NCBI GenBank assembly: GCA_964399865.1
Contig: CAYNRJ010000001.1
Location: 138,050 to 202,049, forward strand
Direction of reading: 5' to 3'
Source of the DNA: an uncultured Candidatus Saccharibacteria bacterium
GTDB lineage: Bacteria; Patescibacteriota; Minisyncoccia; Phycocordibacterales; UBA2100
Length of the DNA: 64,000 bases
The notes under the pieces were generated by a model. That model searched no databases and had not been told where the DNA came from. It saw only the letters and a program-made list of their open reading frames with translations. The position numbers and the translations under genes are program-made. This document shows positions 38,293 to 50,413 of the stretch, piece by piece. Positions within the stretch are counted from its first letter, which is position 1. Each line of letters opens with the position of its first letter.

Positions 38293-38884
38293 AGATACCC
38301 TTTCTTCCACGCGCTTCAATTCTTTTGAACCACCTCGCCTTTCTTCCTTCAGGAACATTCTCTGCAGACCCGAACCAGTCCGTTTTTACTTTAAAGCCTG
38401 CAAACCACAAGATCCCCCATCGAAGCTGCGAATTCACATTGCCTGGCATGATTCGTTCGATAAATGTTGAAGTGCCACTTGTCATAAGAATGCGAGCGGT
38501 CTTCCCTCGAAACAACCTGTGCCAAAAAATTGTACGCTTACCCGTTTTAGTTTTGATGTAGCGAAATGCAGAACCAGGAAGCCATGCACGATCGAAAAGT
38601 CCCTTGAGAAGCGCAGGCATGCCGAGCCACCATACCGGGAATACGATCACAAAATGATCCGCCCACGTTATACGCTCCTGGAACGTTTTTAGGTCCGGTT
38701 CCAATTCCTGCATAGCCCGATACCCCTTATGAAGTACAGGATCGAACTGCATCTCGCCCAAATTCATGCGAGTTACTTCATGACCCGCTTCTCTTGCACT
38801 CTTCTCGTACACGTCTGCGAAAGAGCCGCAAATACCACTTTTATCCGGGTGCCCCAAAAGGATGAAGATCTTCTTTTTCTTCAT
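38291..38884 (-). CDS. NAD(P)H dehydrogenase (quinone)/FMN reductase-like flavodoxin-fold protein.
   Basis: MKKKKIFILLGHPDKSGICGSFADVY...FVIVFPVWWLGMPALLKG is typical of the Flavodoxin_2 family. Confidence 0.7.
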   Translation of the reverse strand: MKKKKIFILLGHPDKSGICGSFADVYEKSAREAGHEVTRMNLGEMQFDPVLHKGYRAMQELEPDLKTFQERITWADHFVIVFPVWWLGMPALLKGLFDRAWLPGSAFRYIKTKTGKRTIFWHRLFRGKTARILMTSGTSTFIERIMPGNVNSQLRWGILWFAGFKVKTDWFGSAENVPEGRKARWFKRIEARGRKGI

Positions 38885-38889
38885 AGCGT

Positions 38890-39693
38890 TTATTGCCTGC
38901 CCGCCGCAAGATCTTCTAGCTCCTTGTCTCTTCGTGCTTTATCCGCTGCAATCTGAGCCCTTCTCCTTTCTTCATACTCCTCATCTTTTGCCTTATTGTC
39001 AGTATCTATATCCAAATTACGCGCACGTGCAGCTCGCGTAATAAACTCATTTACTGGTGTACCGTCATCTGTTGGTCGAGGCTGTGGGGGCAGTCTTGTA
39101 GGCGTTGCAACTTCGTCTTCTCTTTTATCATCTGCATCATCCATAATATCCAATTCCTTTTCTCGTTCTGCACGATGATGATGGTCAACACGCCCTCGCA
39201 TACTGTATTCACTCTTCGTCACAACTTCTTCCTCGTCCGCGTCTTTACTGAATTCTCCTGGCTCATATTTTCGCCCAATTTTACCGAGTACCATAGCGCG
39301 CAGTGTTTTGAGACTGAAATAGAGAGACGCCATGAAAAGTACTGCTACGACTTGCCGGAGCGCGAATTCGAGGATCGTGCTCGAATCATATTGAGAAAGC
39401 GCCCAACCTTGATAGATCACCATACCTACACCTGCCGCAATTACATCCGCAGCAATTACGCCCTTATTGTGTGGATTTGTAAGCGCTGCTAGTGCAACCA
39501 AAATCACCGCTCCGGCGAGGGTAAATGGAAGTTCAATACGCAGCATGTTCGCATAAAAGGGATGCGTGAGGAGAATAACAGCAGCGGCCGTCATGAAAAG
39601 CCATCTGACAACATCTCCATAGTAATGCGGGACCGATGTAATGCCTGAAGGATTCAATGCCATAAAAGTCTTTATGTAAGTATACCCCGCCAC
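38890..39693 (-). CDS. Hypothetical membrane protein with a highly charged C-terminal tail.
   Basis: About 4 TM helices, then a Glu/Asp/Arg-rich low-complexity tail. No family recognised. Confidence 0.4.
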   Translation of the reverse strand: MAGYTYIKTFMALNPSGITSVPHYYGDVVRWLFMTAAAVILLTHPFYANMLRIELPFTLAGAVILVALAALTNPHNKGVIAADVIAAGVGMVIYQGWALSQYDSSTILEFALRQVVAVLFMASLYFSLKTLRAMVLGKIGRKYEPGEFSKDADEEEVVTKSEYSMRGRVDHHHRAEREKELDIMDDADDKREDEVATPTRLPPQPRPTDDGTPVNEFITRAARARNLDIDTDNKAKDEEYEERRRAQIAADKARRDKELEDLAAGRQ

Positions 39694-39702
39694 TCACCTC
39701 GC

Positions 39703-40002
39703 TCAAGCCGACACTTTGGCTACTATGTGTATGACAGCCTCCATATCATCTTCTGCCGTGACCACATTTCGTTTCTCATGCTTGCATTTCTCACAACGAT
39801 GGATGAGTACGTACTTAGGGCTCGCACCCTCCACTGCAATCGGCGCCATCATTCCGCCGCAATTTGACGCACGATCTCCCGGATCAATATCTACATGCTT
39901 ACTCCATAAACATTTTGGACAGTGATTTGTGTAGCCGCTTCCCTTCACGGGAGTACCGCAGTGTTCACATATGAAATCCTCGATCTTTCTTTGGAAAGCC
40001 AT
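39703..40002 (-). CDS. RNHCP-domain protein.
   Basis: Cys-rich 99-116 aa protein with CEHCGTP...YTNHCPKC...CEKCKHE, matching the RNHCP zinc-ribbon-like family. Start taken at M18 to avoid overlap with the upstream gene. 40053 is the alternative start. Confidence 0.5.
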   Translation of the reverse strand: MAFQRKIEDFICEHCGTPVKGSGYTNHCPKCLWSKHVDIDPGDRASNCGGMMAPIAVEGASPKYVLIHRCEKCKHEKRNVVTAEDDMEAVIHIVAKVSA

Positions 40003-40009
40003 CGCGCCG

Positions 40010-41812
40010 TTACAGTACCACAACTGACGTTGTTCTTCTGATCGAATCGCCATTTACCGCGGTGCACTGCAGTATGAAATCGTGCACACCGACAGTGGTG
40101 GTCGCGGTTGTTTCAATACTCTTTGATCCTTCATTTCCAATTGCGAGAGAGCTCGTTGCATTACCAAACCGCATATTTACACTGCACTTCTCTGTAGAAC
40201 TCATACCAAGCGACGACCACGAGACAATAATTGGTTTGCCACGAAGTGCTTGCGCAGGCTGGGCAATAATAGTTGCCACTTCTGGTGTGACAGCAGCGGA
40301 TCCGGACGGAGATCCAGAACCCGATCCACCTCCGCCACCACCTTCTGTTGATCCGTTTACTGGACCAGACCCAAGTCCGCCTCCCGAGCCATTCCCAAAG
40401 AGAGAGCTAAAGAAGTTCACTACAGAGTCCGCTAGCCCACCCGAGGATGGATTGCCCCCTTGAGGTGACTCCCCTGTGATCTCTGAAATTAAAGTATCAA
40501 TATCTTGTTCAGAATATGGATTCCCCGGCCATATCACATCTAACACACCTTGAAATGGGCTCGAATTAGCAAAAGGAGATCCATTACCCCCGGTGTATGC
40601 CGTCGCCGTTCCATTAAATGGAACGCCTTCACCAAAAATTTGCGTAAATCGTTCTGCGTATTCCGCCACGCTTGTGTACCCATCATCTGCACCTGGATTG
40701 TTAAGTGCTCCTGGACCTCCGAACCACACACGTGCAGCGTTTTCCGGTGAACCATATCGTTCGATGTATCCACCGAATTGACGATCAAAGACTGCGTCTT
40801 GGCACTGCGGACTATTAACAAATTCATTTACTGTATACGCTCTTCCGCACGCTTCCCTTGTCCATGAAGGGATATTGAAATCCATTACCTGATATCGTCC
40901 GTACGCTCGATTCCCCGTACGGGTAGCGGGACCTACCGCGCCATAATTGCCCTGACAACTTCCGCTCTCGATTGTTGAAATAGCGCATCTCGCCTGCGCC
41001 AAGACAGCCGCCGGATCCCCTGCCGTTAGCGGATTGAATACAGTGAAAGTATCTCCCGCAAGATATCTATTTCTCTCGCTTGCGCTCAAATTGTTATTAA
41101 AGACCTCAACAACTACTCCGGGTCTTGTTGGCGTTAGTCGAACCGCGTTCGCTGAAAGTCGCTGTAATTGATCTGCGGGAATCCCTACCTCTGCCGCAGC
41201 CTCTGCTTTTGCCGCACTATCACCAAACGCAAGATCACTTATGAGCCTTGCTGCATCTTCACGACTTCTTCCTTCAAAGATGTCTCGCGTATCAATGCCG
41301 GCCTCTGCGAATATTCTTTCGTACATATCTGGGAGTGAGCCCGTCGTAAGAACAGCATCCTCCAACAACTCTCTTGTCTCCTCCCGTGCAATATCCGCCT
41401 CACTCTCGCTACCGCCTAGTGTTGCAGTTATCTCACTGCCACGTGGATCGCACTTACTTATCTTATGCGTCACCACCCCCTCTTCATTTAATACTGTTAC
41501 TACTCCGACGCCTGAATATGTGGGCGTAGTAGGAGTGCCGCCAATTACGCAATGACACGTCTCGGCTGGGACACTTGTTCCGGGCTGTATATCGACTGGA
41601 TTCTCGGCACTAGGATCAAATGTAATTGTTTCATTCAAACAAATATCATCGCTCCCGATGGTAGATTCTTCGACAGCGTTTTTGTCATCTTCTTCTGTGG
41701 TGATCGAAGCTTTGCCATCGACAGCTGGAGTCGAGGGAATCTTATCCGCAGCATGTAAAGACATCGGTACCACAAGTACCGAAAATAACGCGAACATGAG
41801 ACTGCGTCGCAT
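40010..41812 (-). CDS. Secreted multidomain protein with a lysozyme-like (SLT/lytic transglycosylase-like) region and a Gly/Ser linker.
   Basis: Signal peptide (MRRSLMFALFSVLVVPMSLHA). The segment AISTIESGS...AYGRYQVMD...ENAARVWFGGPGA resembles the SLT E-S...GLMQ...AYNAG motifs. A GGGGGGSGSGSPSGS linker precedes a C-terminal beta-rich domain. 600 aa. Confidence 0.45.
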   Translation of the reverse strand: MRRSLMFALFSVLVVPMSLHAADKIPSTPAVDGKASITTEEDDKNAVEESTIGSDDICLNETITFDPSAENPVDIQPGTSVPAETCHCVIGGTPTTPTYSGVGVVTVLNEEGVVTHKISKCDPRGSEITATLGGSESEADIAREETRELLEDAVLTTGSLPDMYERIFAEAGIDTRDIFEGRSREDAARLISDLAFGDSAAKAEAAAEVGIPADQLQRLSANAVRLTPTRPGVVVEVFNNNLSASERNRYLAGDTFTVFNPLTAGDPAAVLAQARCAISTIESGSCQGNYGAVGPATRTGNRAYGRYQVMDFNIPSWTREACGRAYTVNEFVNSPQCQDAVFDRQFGGYIERYGSPENAARVWFGGPGALNNPGADDGYTSVAEYAERFTQIFGEGVPFNGTATAYTGGNGSPFANSSPFQGVLDVIWPGNPYSEQDIDTLISEITGESPQGGNPSSGGLADSVVNFFSSLFGNGSGGGLGSGPVNGSTEGGGGGGSGSGSPSGSAAVTPEVATIIAQPAQALRGKPIIVSWSSLGMSSTEKCSVNMRFGNATSSLAIGNEGSKSIETTATTTVGVHDFILQCTAVNGDSIRRTTSVVVL

Positions 41813-41881
41813 ACAGTGATTGTACCCTGCGAATTCTCAAATTCGCGTCGATTTTTAGCCAACTGTGGACTTTTGAGGGCC

Positions 41882-42136
41882 TTAGAGGAGAACGACGGCT
41901 CGATTGTGTGAGCATTCCAAAATTCCGTTCTCAATCTTAATCTCTTTAACCAAAGCTTCTTCTCCTCCCTTTGGAAGTCGGACAGTGATGGTACCTGCAC
42001 GAAGTGTTGTCACGAGTGGCTCATGCTGAGCGAGCATGGTGAATTCACCGGCAGTTCCTGGGAGAGTGACTGACTCAGCCTGTCCATCGAAATGTGTCTC
42101 GCCGACAGAAGCGATGACGAGATGGAACGTACTCAT
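41882..42136 (-). CDS. atpC: ATP synthase F1 epsilon subunit.
   Basis: 84 aa with an N-terminal beta-sandwich typical of epsilon. Last gene of the atp operon. Confidence 0.85.
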   Translation of the reverse strand: MSTFHLVIASVGETHFDGQAESVTLPGTAGEFTMLAQHEPLVTTLRAGTITVRLPKGGEEALVKEIKIENGILECSHNRAVVLL

Positions 42137-42138
42137 AG

Positions 42139-43925
<1,787 letters not shown>

Positions 43926-43930
43926 GACTG

Positions 43931-44848
43931 TTATCGCATCGCTTCCATGCCGCTTGTGATCTCTGACACTTCTCTTGTGATCGCAGCCTGACGAACTTTG
44001 TTGAACGTACGAGTGAGCGCTTTCGCCATATCACGAGCTTTGTCTGTCGCGTTCTTCATAGCAACCATACGTGCGCTGTGCTCTGATGCTTTCGCTTCGA
44101 GAAGTGCGTGAAAGACCGCGATGTTAAAAAGTTTTGGCAAGAGTTCGTCAAGAACAGAGTCCGCACTCGGCTCAATAGAATATGAAGGTGACTGCGATAT
44201 AGTTCCTGCAGGAACGCCCGCATATTTTCCGCGTGCTGGCTTAATACCCTGCACCATCTCATGTATCACCGTAGGGGTTACGGGTACAATTTGTCGTACC
44301 GCTGGCTTCTGTTCGAATGTTGAAAGGAAGTTCTGGTAGACAACGATGCACGAAGCGATCTCGCCTTTCGTATGCAAATCGAGAACTTGTTTCGTTATTT
44401 CAAGCACATCTTTCTCCCCCACTCCATCTGAGAGATTCTCTTTTTTCAATCGGACGTCCCAGCCGCGTGAGAGGAAATAATCGGCACCACGTCGTCCTAT
44501 TCCTAGAATGATAGTGTCACCTATCTTAAGTCCTCGCCTTTCGAGCTCGCGCTCAAGTTCACGTACCACACCGCTATTCAGAGATCCCGCAAGACCCTTA
44601 TCGCTTGTGATAATAACCACGCATGTTTTCCCTGCGCGCTCTTGCATGAGAGCGTGGCCTTTAATTTCCATTGATCCTGAGAGACGCTCGAGAGCAGAAA
44701 GCGCAGCGGCAGCGTATGCACGGCCTGAAAGAGCGCGCTCTTGGCTCTTTCTCATTTTGACCGCTGAAACCGCCTCCATCGCACGCGTTACCGTTGACGT
44801 CTTTTTAACGGAGATAATCTTCAGCTTGATGTTCTTAAGGCTCGCCAT
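43931..44848 (-). CDS. atpG: ATP synthase F1 gamma subunit.
   Basis: 305 aa with N- and C-terminal coiled-coil helices characteristic of gamma. Confidence 0.9.
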   Translation of the reverse strand: MASLKNIKLKIISVKKTSTVTRAMEAVSAVKMRKSQERALSGRAYAAAALSALERLSGSMEIKGHALMQERAGKTCVVIITSDKGLAGSLNSGVVRELERELERRGLKIGDTIILGIGRRGADYFLSRGWDVRLKKENLSDGVGEKDVLEITKQVLDLHTKGEIASCIVVYQNFLSTFEQKPAVRQIVPVTPTVIHEMVQGIKPARGKYAGVPAGTISQSPSYSIEPSADSVLDELLPKLFNIAVFHALLEAKASEHSARMVAMKNATDKARDMAKALTRTFNKVRQAAITREVSEITSGMEAMR

Positions 44849-44860
44849 ACTTACTCTTTA

Positions 44861-45826
44861 TTATGCTGCAGTGTCCAGCACTGTACCATTTTCCTTACCA
44901 CTTTCCAGCTTATCGGATAGGAATTTTGCGTTTTGTATAAAAAATCCTATACCGCGTTCTATCCATTCTCTCTTTTGCTCCGGAGTTCCTTCATTGTTCG
45001 ATGGAAACATTTCATACAGGCTTTTGACAGCCTTGGTATAATTATTACCCAAGGTAAACGACTCGAGCTCTTCGGGAAGCGACTGTAACTGCTCCTTCAA
45101 CCGAACGAGTGTCTGCCGAGACTCGAGATCAAGCTTAATGTGATATCCTTGCACATTAATACCATCTGCGACCATTTCGAAAGAGGACAGCTGCCCCACT
45201 AGATACTTCTTCATTTCGTCTTGTAGATAGTACATTCTCTCGATCGCTGTAAGCACCTGGTTAGCTCGTTCAGCTGGAAGGTCTTCCCTCATTTTCACTC
45301 CTACGTCCGCCAATTTTTTTCTTGGTGGCAGCTCTTTAACTAACACAGTGTCGACATAGTTCCATGTTCCATTCTTGTTGAGTCGAAAATTATTATCGTT
45401 TGTAAAATCAATATTGACTTTTATACCGTATTTCTCAAGTGCCCCCGGGACTTTATAGAGAAAAATATTATCGTACTCGCGCTCACCGAATCGCTTGTAT
45501 GAATTCCGCGTGTCTAGACCATCAGTTCGCGAGAGCGTTTCGGTGACAGCTCGCCGTACTCGCGTGGACACCGTCTCACGGATCCTCGCCCTGATGACCG
45601 AGCCCCTCCCATTTTCATCTGTGAATGCTCCAGTAAACGCGGGAAAATTATCCGGACATATGCCCGAAAGAATTCGTTGCGTATAAAACATCGCCTTTGC
45701 TTCCAGGGGATGCGTACGACCTTCCGCTGTTACTAACTTCTCTTTCGGTTTGTCAGGGTGTGCATATACGCCACGTTCCGCTCCGCTACCTATGAGCTTC
45801 CCTTTTCTCTTAGGGAAAAGCTCCAT
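44861..45826 (-). CDS. Hypothetical protein inserted between atpA and atpG, with a possible kinase-like glycine loop.
   Basis: 321 aa with a G-x-G-x-x-G-x-V-Y segment near the N-terminus (GKLIGSGAERGVY). No other confident motif. The 3-nt gap to atpA and 13-nt gap to atpG imply operon membership. Confidence 0.45.
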   Translation of the reverse strand: MELFPKRKGKLIGSGAERGVYAHPDKPKEKLVTAEGRTHPLEAKAMFYTQRILSGICPDNFPAFTGAFTDENGRGSVIRARIRETVSTRVRRAVTETLSRTDGLDTRNSYKRFGEREYDNIFLYKVPGALEKYGIKVNIDFTNDNNFRLNKNGTWNYVDTVLVKELPPRKKLADVGVKMREDLPAERANQVLTAIERMYYLQDEMKKYLVGQLSSFEMVADGINVQGYHIKLDLESRQTLVRLKEQLQSLPEELESFTLGNNYTKAVKSLYEMFPSNNEGTPEQKREWIERGIGFFIQNAKFLSDKLESGKENGTVLDTAA

Positions 45827-45828
45827 GG

Positions 45829-47400
45829 TTATTTCGCGACAGTGAACAACTCCTTATGTGCTCCGCGGAAATCTTCAAACGCAGTACCGAGGGATTTCTT
45901 TGTGTCGTCAGAGAGCTGTTTTGAAGTTCTTATTTCGGAGAGAATCTTTGAATACTTCGCATCGAGGAACGTGAGCAATTTTTCTTCCGCAGTTCGCACA
46001 TCCTTTACTGCAACACCATTGAAGAGTTTCTGTTGACCCGCGTACATTGCTGCAACCTGACGCTCGAGAGGAAGTGGCGAGCCATTCTTTTGTTTCAAAA
46101 GCTCCACCATGCGTTGTCCCGATGCGATACGATCTGCGGTCGTTTTGTCGAGGTCCTGTGCAAATTGCATGAACGCTTCGAGTTCGCGGAATTGCGCGAG
46201 CTCAAGCTTGAGTGTTCCCGCGACTGCCTTCGTTGCCTTTGTCTGAGCTGCGCTACCAACACGAGATACTGAGATACCGACATCGATCGCGGGACGTACG
46301 CCTTTGTTGAAGAGGTCTGCGACGAGGAAGATTTGTCCGTCTGTGATTGAGATCACGTTAGTTGGAATGTAGGCCGCGACGTCTCCATCTTGCGTTTCAA
46401 TGATTGGGAGCGCAGTGAGTGTTCCCCCACCCTTTGCATCAGAGAGTGCTGCAGCACGTTCAAGCAGACGTGAGTGTAAGTAGAAAATGTCACCTGGGTA
46501 TGCTTCGCGACCCGGTGGACGACGAAGGAGGAGTGAGAGCTCGCGATACGCAACAGCCTGTTTTGAAAGGTCGTCATACACGACAAGAACATCTCGGCCT
46601 CTATCCATAAAGTATTCGCCGATCGCAACTCCTGAGTATGGTGCGAGGAACTGAAGAGCTGCAGGAGCGGAAGCTGGAGCATCAACAATGATTGTATACG
46701 AAAACGCATCCGCCTCTTTCAACTGCTGCACGATACGCGCGGTCTTTGATTCCTTTTGACCGATAGCTACGTAGATACAAATTGGACGCTTGTCTTCAGG
46801 CTCATTCTTTTGGTTGATGATCGTGTCGATTGCAACGGTCGTCTTTCCAGTTGCGCGGTCGCCGATGAGGAGCTCGCGCTGTCCGCGACCGATCGGGATC
46901 ATTGCGTCGATTGCTTTGATGCCAGTTGCAAGTGGCACGGTAACAGACTTACGATCAATGACGCTGTACGCTGCGCGCTCTACTGGCATTTGTGTCGCAT
47001 TCTTAAATGGACCTTTCCCATCGATCGGCTCTCCGAGCGCGTTTACGACGCGACCAAGAAGCTCTTCGCCTGATGGAACTGAAAGAATTTTCCCTGTTGA
47101 TTTGACTGTCATCCCTTCTACGACACGAGATGTGTCACCGAGGATCGTGGCACGCACACCGTCCTCTTCGAGGTTAAGGAGAAGTCCGTAGAGAGAGCCG
47201 TTTGCGCCCATTGAATCCTTAAGAGACTTGCCCTTCGTCTCCTCGAATTCGACGATCTCGCTCATGACAGCTTTAGATAGACCTTCGATAGCGACGACAC
47301 CGTCCCCCACCGCGGTCACACGTCCAACGTGCTCGACATTCCCTTTCGGTTCGAAGTGTTCAATCTCTTTCAGGATCTTCTCTACGGTGGCGTTATCCAT
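45829..47400 (-). CDS. atpA: ATP synthase F1 alpha subunit.
   Basis: P-loop (GDRATGKT) and conserved alpha C-terminal domain. 523 aa. Confidence 0.95.
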   Translation of the reverse strand: MDNATVEKILKEIEHFEPKGNVEHVGRVTAVGDGVVAIEGLSKAVMSEIVEFEETKGKSLKDSMGANGSLYGLLLNLEEDGVRATILGDTSRVVEGMTVKSTGKILSVPSGEELLGRVVNALGEPIDGKGPFKNATQMPVERAAYSVIDRKSVTVPLATGIKAIDAMIPIGRGQRELLIGDRATGKTTVAIDTIINQKNEPEDKRPICIYVAIGQKESKTARIVQQLKEADAFSYTIIVDAPASAPAALQFLAPYSGVAIGEYFMDRGRDVLVVYDDLSKQAVAYRELSLLLRRPPGREAYPGDIFYLHSRLLERAAALSDAKGGGTLTALPIIETQDGDVAAYIPTNVISITDGQIFLVADLFNKGVRPAIDVGISVSRVGSAAQTKATKAVAGTLKLELAQFRELEAFMQFAQDLDKTTADRIASGQRMVELLKQKNGSPLPLERQVAAMYAGQQKLFNGVAVKDVRTAEEKLLTFLDAKYSKILSEIRTSKQLSDDTKKSLGTAFEDFRGAHKELFTVAK

Positions 47401-47402
47401 AA

Positions 47403-47789
47403 TTATTTTGTTATGCGATTATATATCGAAAGTAGGTGTTTTTTAAAGCTCGCATCAAATAGGTAGTCCCGACCCTCTAGGCGCCATCCGCCGATAAGAG
47501 TCTCGTCCGTTTTCGTCTCAAAATCGTCCGCTTCTATCTTGAGAGCGGCGAGAACCTCTTTTGCCTCCTTTTTTGCATGCACTGCGTGACTAGGGGCAAC
47601 AGTCAGCGTAAGAGTATTGTGCATTCGTTCACGAGCAGCGATTCGTTCAAATGCACGAGCTATTCTCGGAAGTAGAGCGAGGCGCCCCCTCCGTACCAAA
47701 ATTTCACGAATTGCAGCAACAGCTTCTTTAGGATTTTTCCCTGCAGAAACTGATCGAACTAATGCTGTTGCGTATGATTGTTCAAGCAT
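47403..47789 (-). CDS. atpH: ATP synthase delta (OSCP) subunit, unusually short (128 aa).
   Basis: Only the C-terminal OSCP-like region is recognisable ([22 protein letters not shown]). Sits between atpF and atpA. Confidence 0.65.
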   Translation of the reverse strand: MLEQSYATALVRSVSAGKNPKEAVAAIREILVRRGRLALLPRIARAFERIAARERMHNTLTLTVAPSHAVHAKKEAKEVLAALKIEADDFETKTDETLIGGWRLEGRDYLFDASFKKHLLSIYNRITK

Positions 47790-47793
47790 AAAA

Positions 47794-48243
47794 TTAAGCA
47801 GACTTTCCCTTGAGAAGCTTCTCTGCAGCTAGCATCGCAGCACGTGCGATCTCTTTCTCACTTTGTTTCAGAGCCTGGCGCTGAGTTTCTTCAGCGCGCG
47901 CAGTCGCGTCTGAGAGAAGTGCCTGTGCTTTAGATTCCGCGTCTCTCATCATCTCAGCCTTCTTTTCTTCAGCGCGAGTGCGCGCTGCGACAACCATCGC
48001 CTCTGCTTCGCGAGAGGCCTTGCTTCGGATCTCCTCTCCTGCCGCACCGGAAGCGGCGAGTTTTCTGTCTGCCTCTTCGGCATTCTTTACTCCTTCTTCG
48101 ATCTTCTTTCGGCGCTCATCTATCATCTTTAAAACTGGCGTGTACAAAAAGCGCCACAAAATGAGAAGCAGGATGCCGAAATTGAACGCCTGCACCAGGA
48201 GCAGTTTCCAGTTGATCCCGAAGACGGCGAATAGGTCAGACAT
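47794..48243 (-). CDS. atpF: ATP synthase Fo b subunit.
   Basis: Single N-terminal TM helix, then a long charged coiled-coil. 149 aa. Confidence 0.75.
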   Translation of the reverse strand: MSDLFAVFGINWKLLLVQAFNFGILLLILWRFLYTPVLKMIDERRKKIEEGVKNAEEADRKLAASGAAGEEIRSKASREAEAMVVAARTRAEEKKAEMMRDAESKAQALLSDATARAEETQRQALKQSEKEIARAAMLAAEKLLKGKSA

Positions 48244-48364
48244 GTTAGGAATGCGAGACGGAGTATGTGTTTTTGGAGTCTTCCGCAGGCCGACGGGCCG
48301 AGGATGAGCAAATTTTCATCAGAAAATTATGCGACTCCAAAAATACGTACGCCGTCGAGCGCCT

Positions 48365-48607
<243 letters not shown>

Positions 48608-48659
48608 CTAATAATTAATAAGCTTTTGTGCCGCCATTCTAGCACGCTTTCCACAGCAC

Positions 48660-49457
48660 TCAATGTGCTTCGTGCGGCTCTGTAATTGCGATTTTTATAA
48701 AGAAGAGCGTGAGCAGCGTAAAGACAGCGGCTTGCAAAGAGCCGATGAAGATCTCAAATAGCATGATCGGTATTGGTGCCACGTATGGCGCGAAAAAGAT
48801 GGCGACCGCGATAACGATTTCCCCTGCCAAAATGTTGCCGAAAAGTCGGAATGAGAGCGATACGACACGTACAAGTTCTCCGATAAGCTCAATCACGCCT
48901 ACCAAGGACCCGATCGGATCCTTGAGAGGGTTTACGATGAATTTATGACTATACTTCCAGAAGCCGATCGCGAGAATACCCGTTATTTCTATGACAAAGA
49001 ATGAAATTATGGCAAGAACGAGTGGCATCGTAAGGTCAGTGTTCGGCGCACGCAGAAGCGGCTCAAACACTCCCCCTTCGTGGAAAAAGCCGATCGATCC
49101 AATTCCGGGAATAAAGTGAAGCATGTTGCCGAGGAATATGAAAAGAAATACCGTCATGAGGAGCGGGAAGAATCGTCGTGCCATTTCTTTACTCTCAAGA
49201 GTCTCCGCAATGTAGTCGTACAAAAATCCGAATATTTGCTCGACAAGCGTCTGCAAACGACCAGGGATCATCGCAAGGCGTCCACGGATGAGAAACGCGA
49301 AGAGGACCAGAAGCCCTATCACCACCCAACTCGTTATGAGGGTGTTTGTTATAGGAATACCCATGAATTCACCGAGTTTTTCAGCGGCGAGAGAGACGTG
49401 AATACCCGCCTCGTGGGTCTCCTCGACCGCATGCTCTAGCCCTTCTTCCACAGCCAT
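48660..49457 (-). CDS. atpB: ATP synthase Fo a subunit.
   Basis: 5-6 TM protein with the conserved Arg-containing helix (LSFRLFGNILAGE). Confidence 0.85.
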   Translation of the reverse strand: MAVEEGLEHAVEETHEAGIHVSLAAEKLGEFMGIPITNTLITSWVVIGLLVLFAFLIRGRLAMIPGRLQTLVEQIFGFLYDYIAETLESKEMARRFFPLLMTVFLFIFLGNMLHFIPGIGSIGFFHEGGVFEPLLRAPNTDLTMPLVLAIISFFVIEITGILAIGFWKYSHKFIVNPLKDPIGSLVGVIELIGELVRVVSLSFRLFGNILAGEIVIAVAIFFAPYVAPIPIMLFEIFIGSLQAAVFTLLTLFFIKIAITEPHEAH

Positions 49458-49481
49458 AGTTGGCGGAATCGTAGCACAGAA

Positions 49482-50336
49482 TTAGACGGCTTTCACCCAC
49501 TCACGTACAGTCTCAGCTATCTCCTTCTCCGCACCACTGAAACTATGCTTCACCTTTGGAACGATGAGGAAATCCCCGTTCTCCATATGTAAGTTAAACC
49601 AGTCGCTTACTTTCCGCCCGATACTGAGCCCAAATTCATCATTTTCCGCCCAAAAGGCAAGAAGCGGAATACGGACCGAACGGAGAATTCTTGGAACCTT
49701 CGTGAATTGTCCATATGAGAATATCTCTTCGATACTGTCCGGCGTGTATAGGCTGAGAAATCTCTGCGCATCCAAGTCTTCGTGCCAAAGACCTGGCGGA
49801 AGAAGTTCGTGCTTTTTTCCACGAGTGATAAGGGCGCGCACAACTTTGGTGGCACGAGCGATCTTAGCAACACCCTGCAATTTTCTCTCCGCCTCGTAAT
49901 CACTCACTGGTGCAAGTAAAATTATCCCCTTCACTCCTTTACCTTTTGTTTTATATGCCCAATACACTGACTTCTGACAACCGGTCGAGTGGCCGATTAG
50001 ATACACGTCCTTTGCGCCGTTTCGTTTTGCGAAATTAACCGCTCCCTGTATGTCATCGACAGATTCTGTAAATACTTCGTGCGCTGCGCCAGCTTTCAGA
50101 TAGGTGCCGTCAGTGCGTTTTATGCTCGCTACTTTGTCGTGACCTCTGTTATTGAACATGAGTACGGCGGAGTCCCTATCTACCAGTTTCTCAGCAATAG
50201 CTAATTTACTAAACATCGAACTACCGAGCCCGTGCACCCATATAAAGACTCTCTTGGACTTCTTTGGTCCAAGCCATAGACCGTTTAGTACGTATCTCTT
50301 AGGCGTAAGTATTTCGACAATGTTAGCTGCTCTCAT
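49482..50336 (-). CDS. Alpha/beta-hydrolase fold protein.
   Basis: Nucleophile elbow (IGHSTGC) and an HG oxyanion region (VHGLGSS). 284 aa. Confidence 0.6.
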   Translation of the reverse strand: MRAANIVEILTPKRYVLNGLWLGPKKSKRVFIWVHGLGSSMFSKLAIAEKLVDRDSAVLMFNNRGHDKVASIKRTDGTYLKAGAAHEVFTESVDDIQGAVNFAKRNGAKDVYLIGHSTGCQKSVYWAYKTKGKGVKGIILLAPVSDYEAERKLQGVAKIARATKVVRALITRGKKHELLPPGLWHEDLDAQRFLSLYTPDSIEEIFSYGQFTKVPRILRSVRIPLLAFWAENDEFGLSIGRKVSDWFNLHMENGDFLIVPKVKHSFSGAEKEIAETVREWVKAV

Positions 50337-50349
50337 ATGCGCATTCTAA

Positions 50350-50392
50350 GCACAAAAACCAAAAACGCCATCCCGATAAGGAATGGCGCTTT
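50350..50392 (-). terminator. Putative terminator downstream of the 3D-domain gene.
   Basis: Imperfect stem CGCCATCC/GAATGGCG with an A-tract on the plus strand, giving a T-tract on the minus strand. Confidence 0.35.
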
Positions 50393-50413
50393 GGTATGGA
50401 ATCGAGTGATCCC

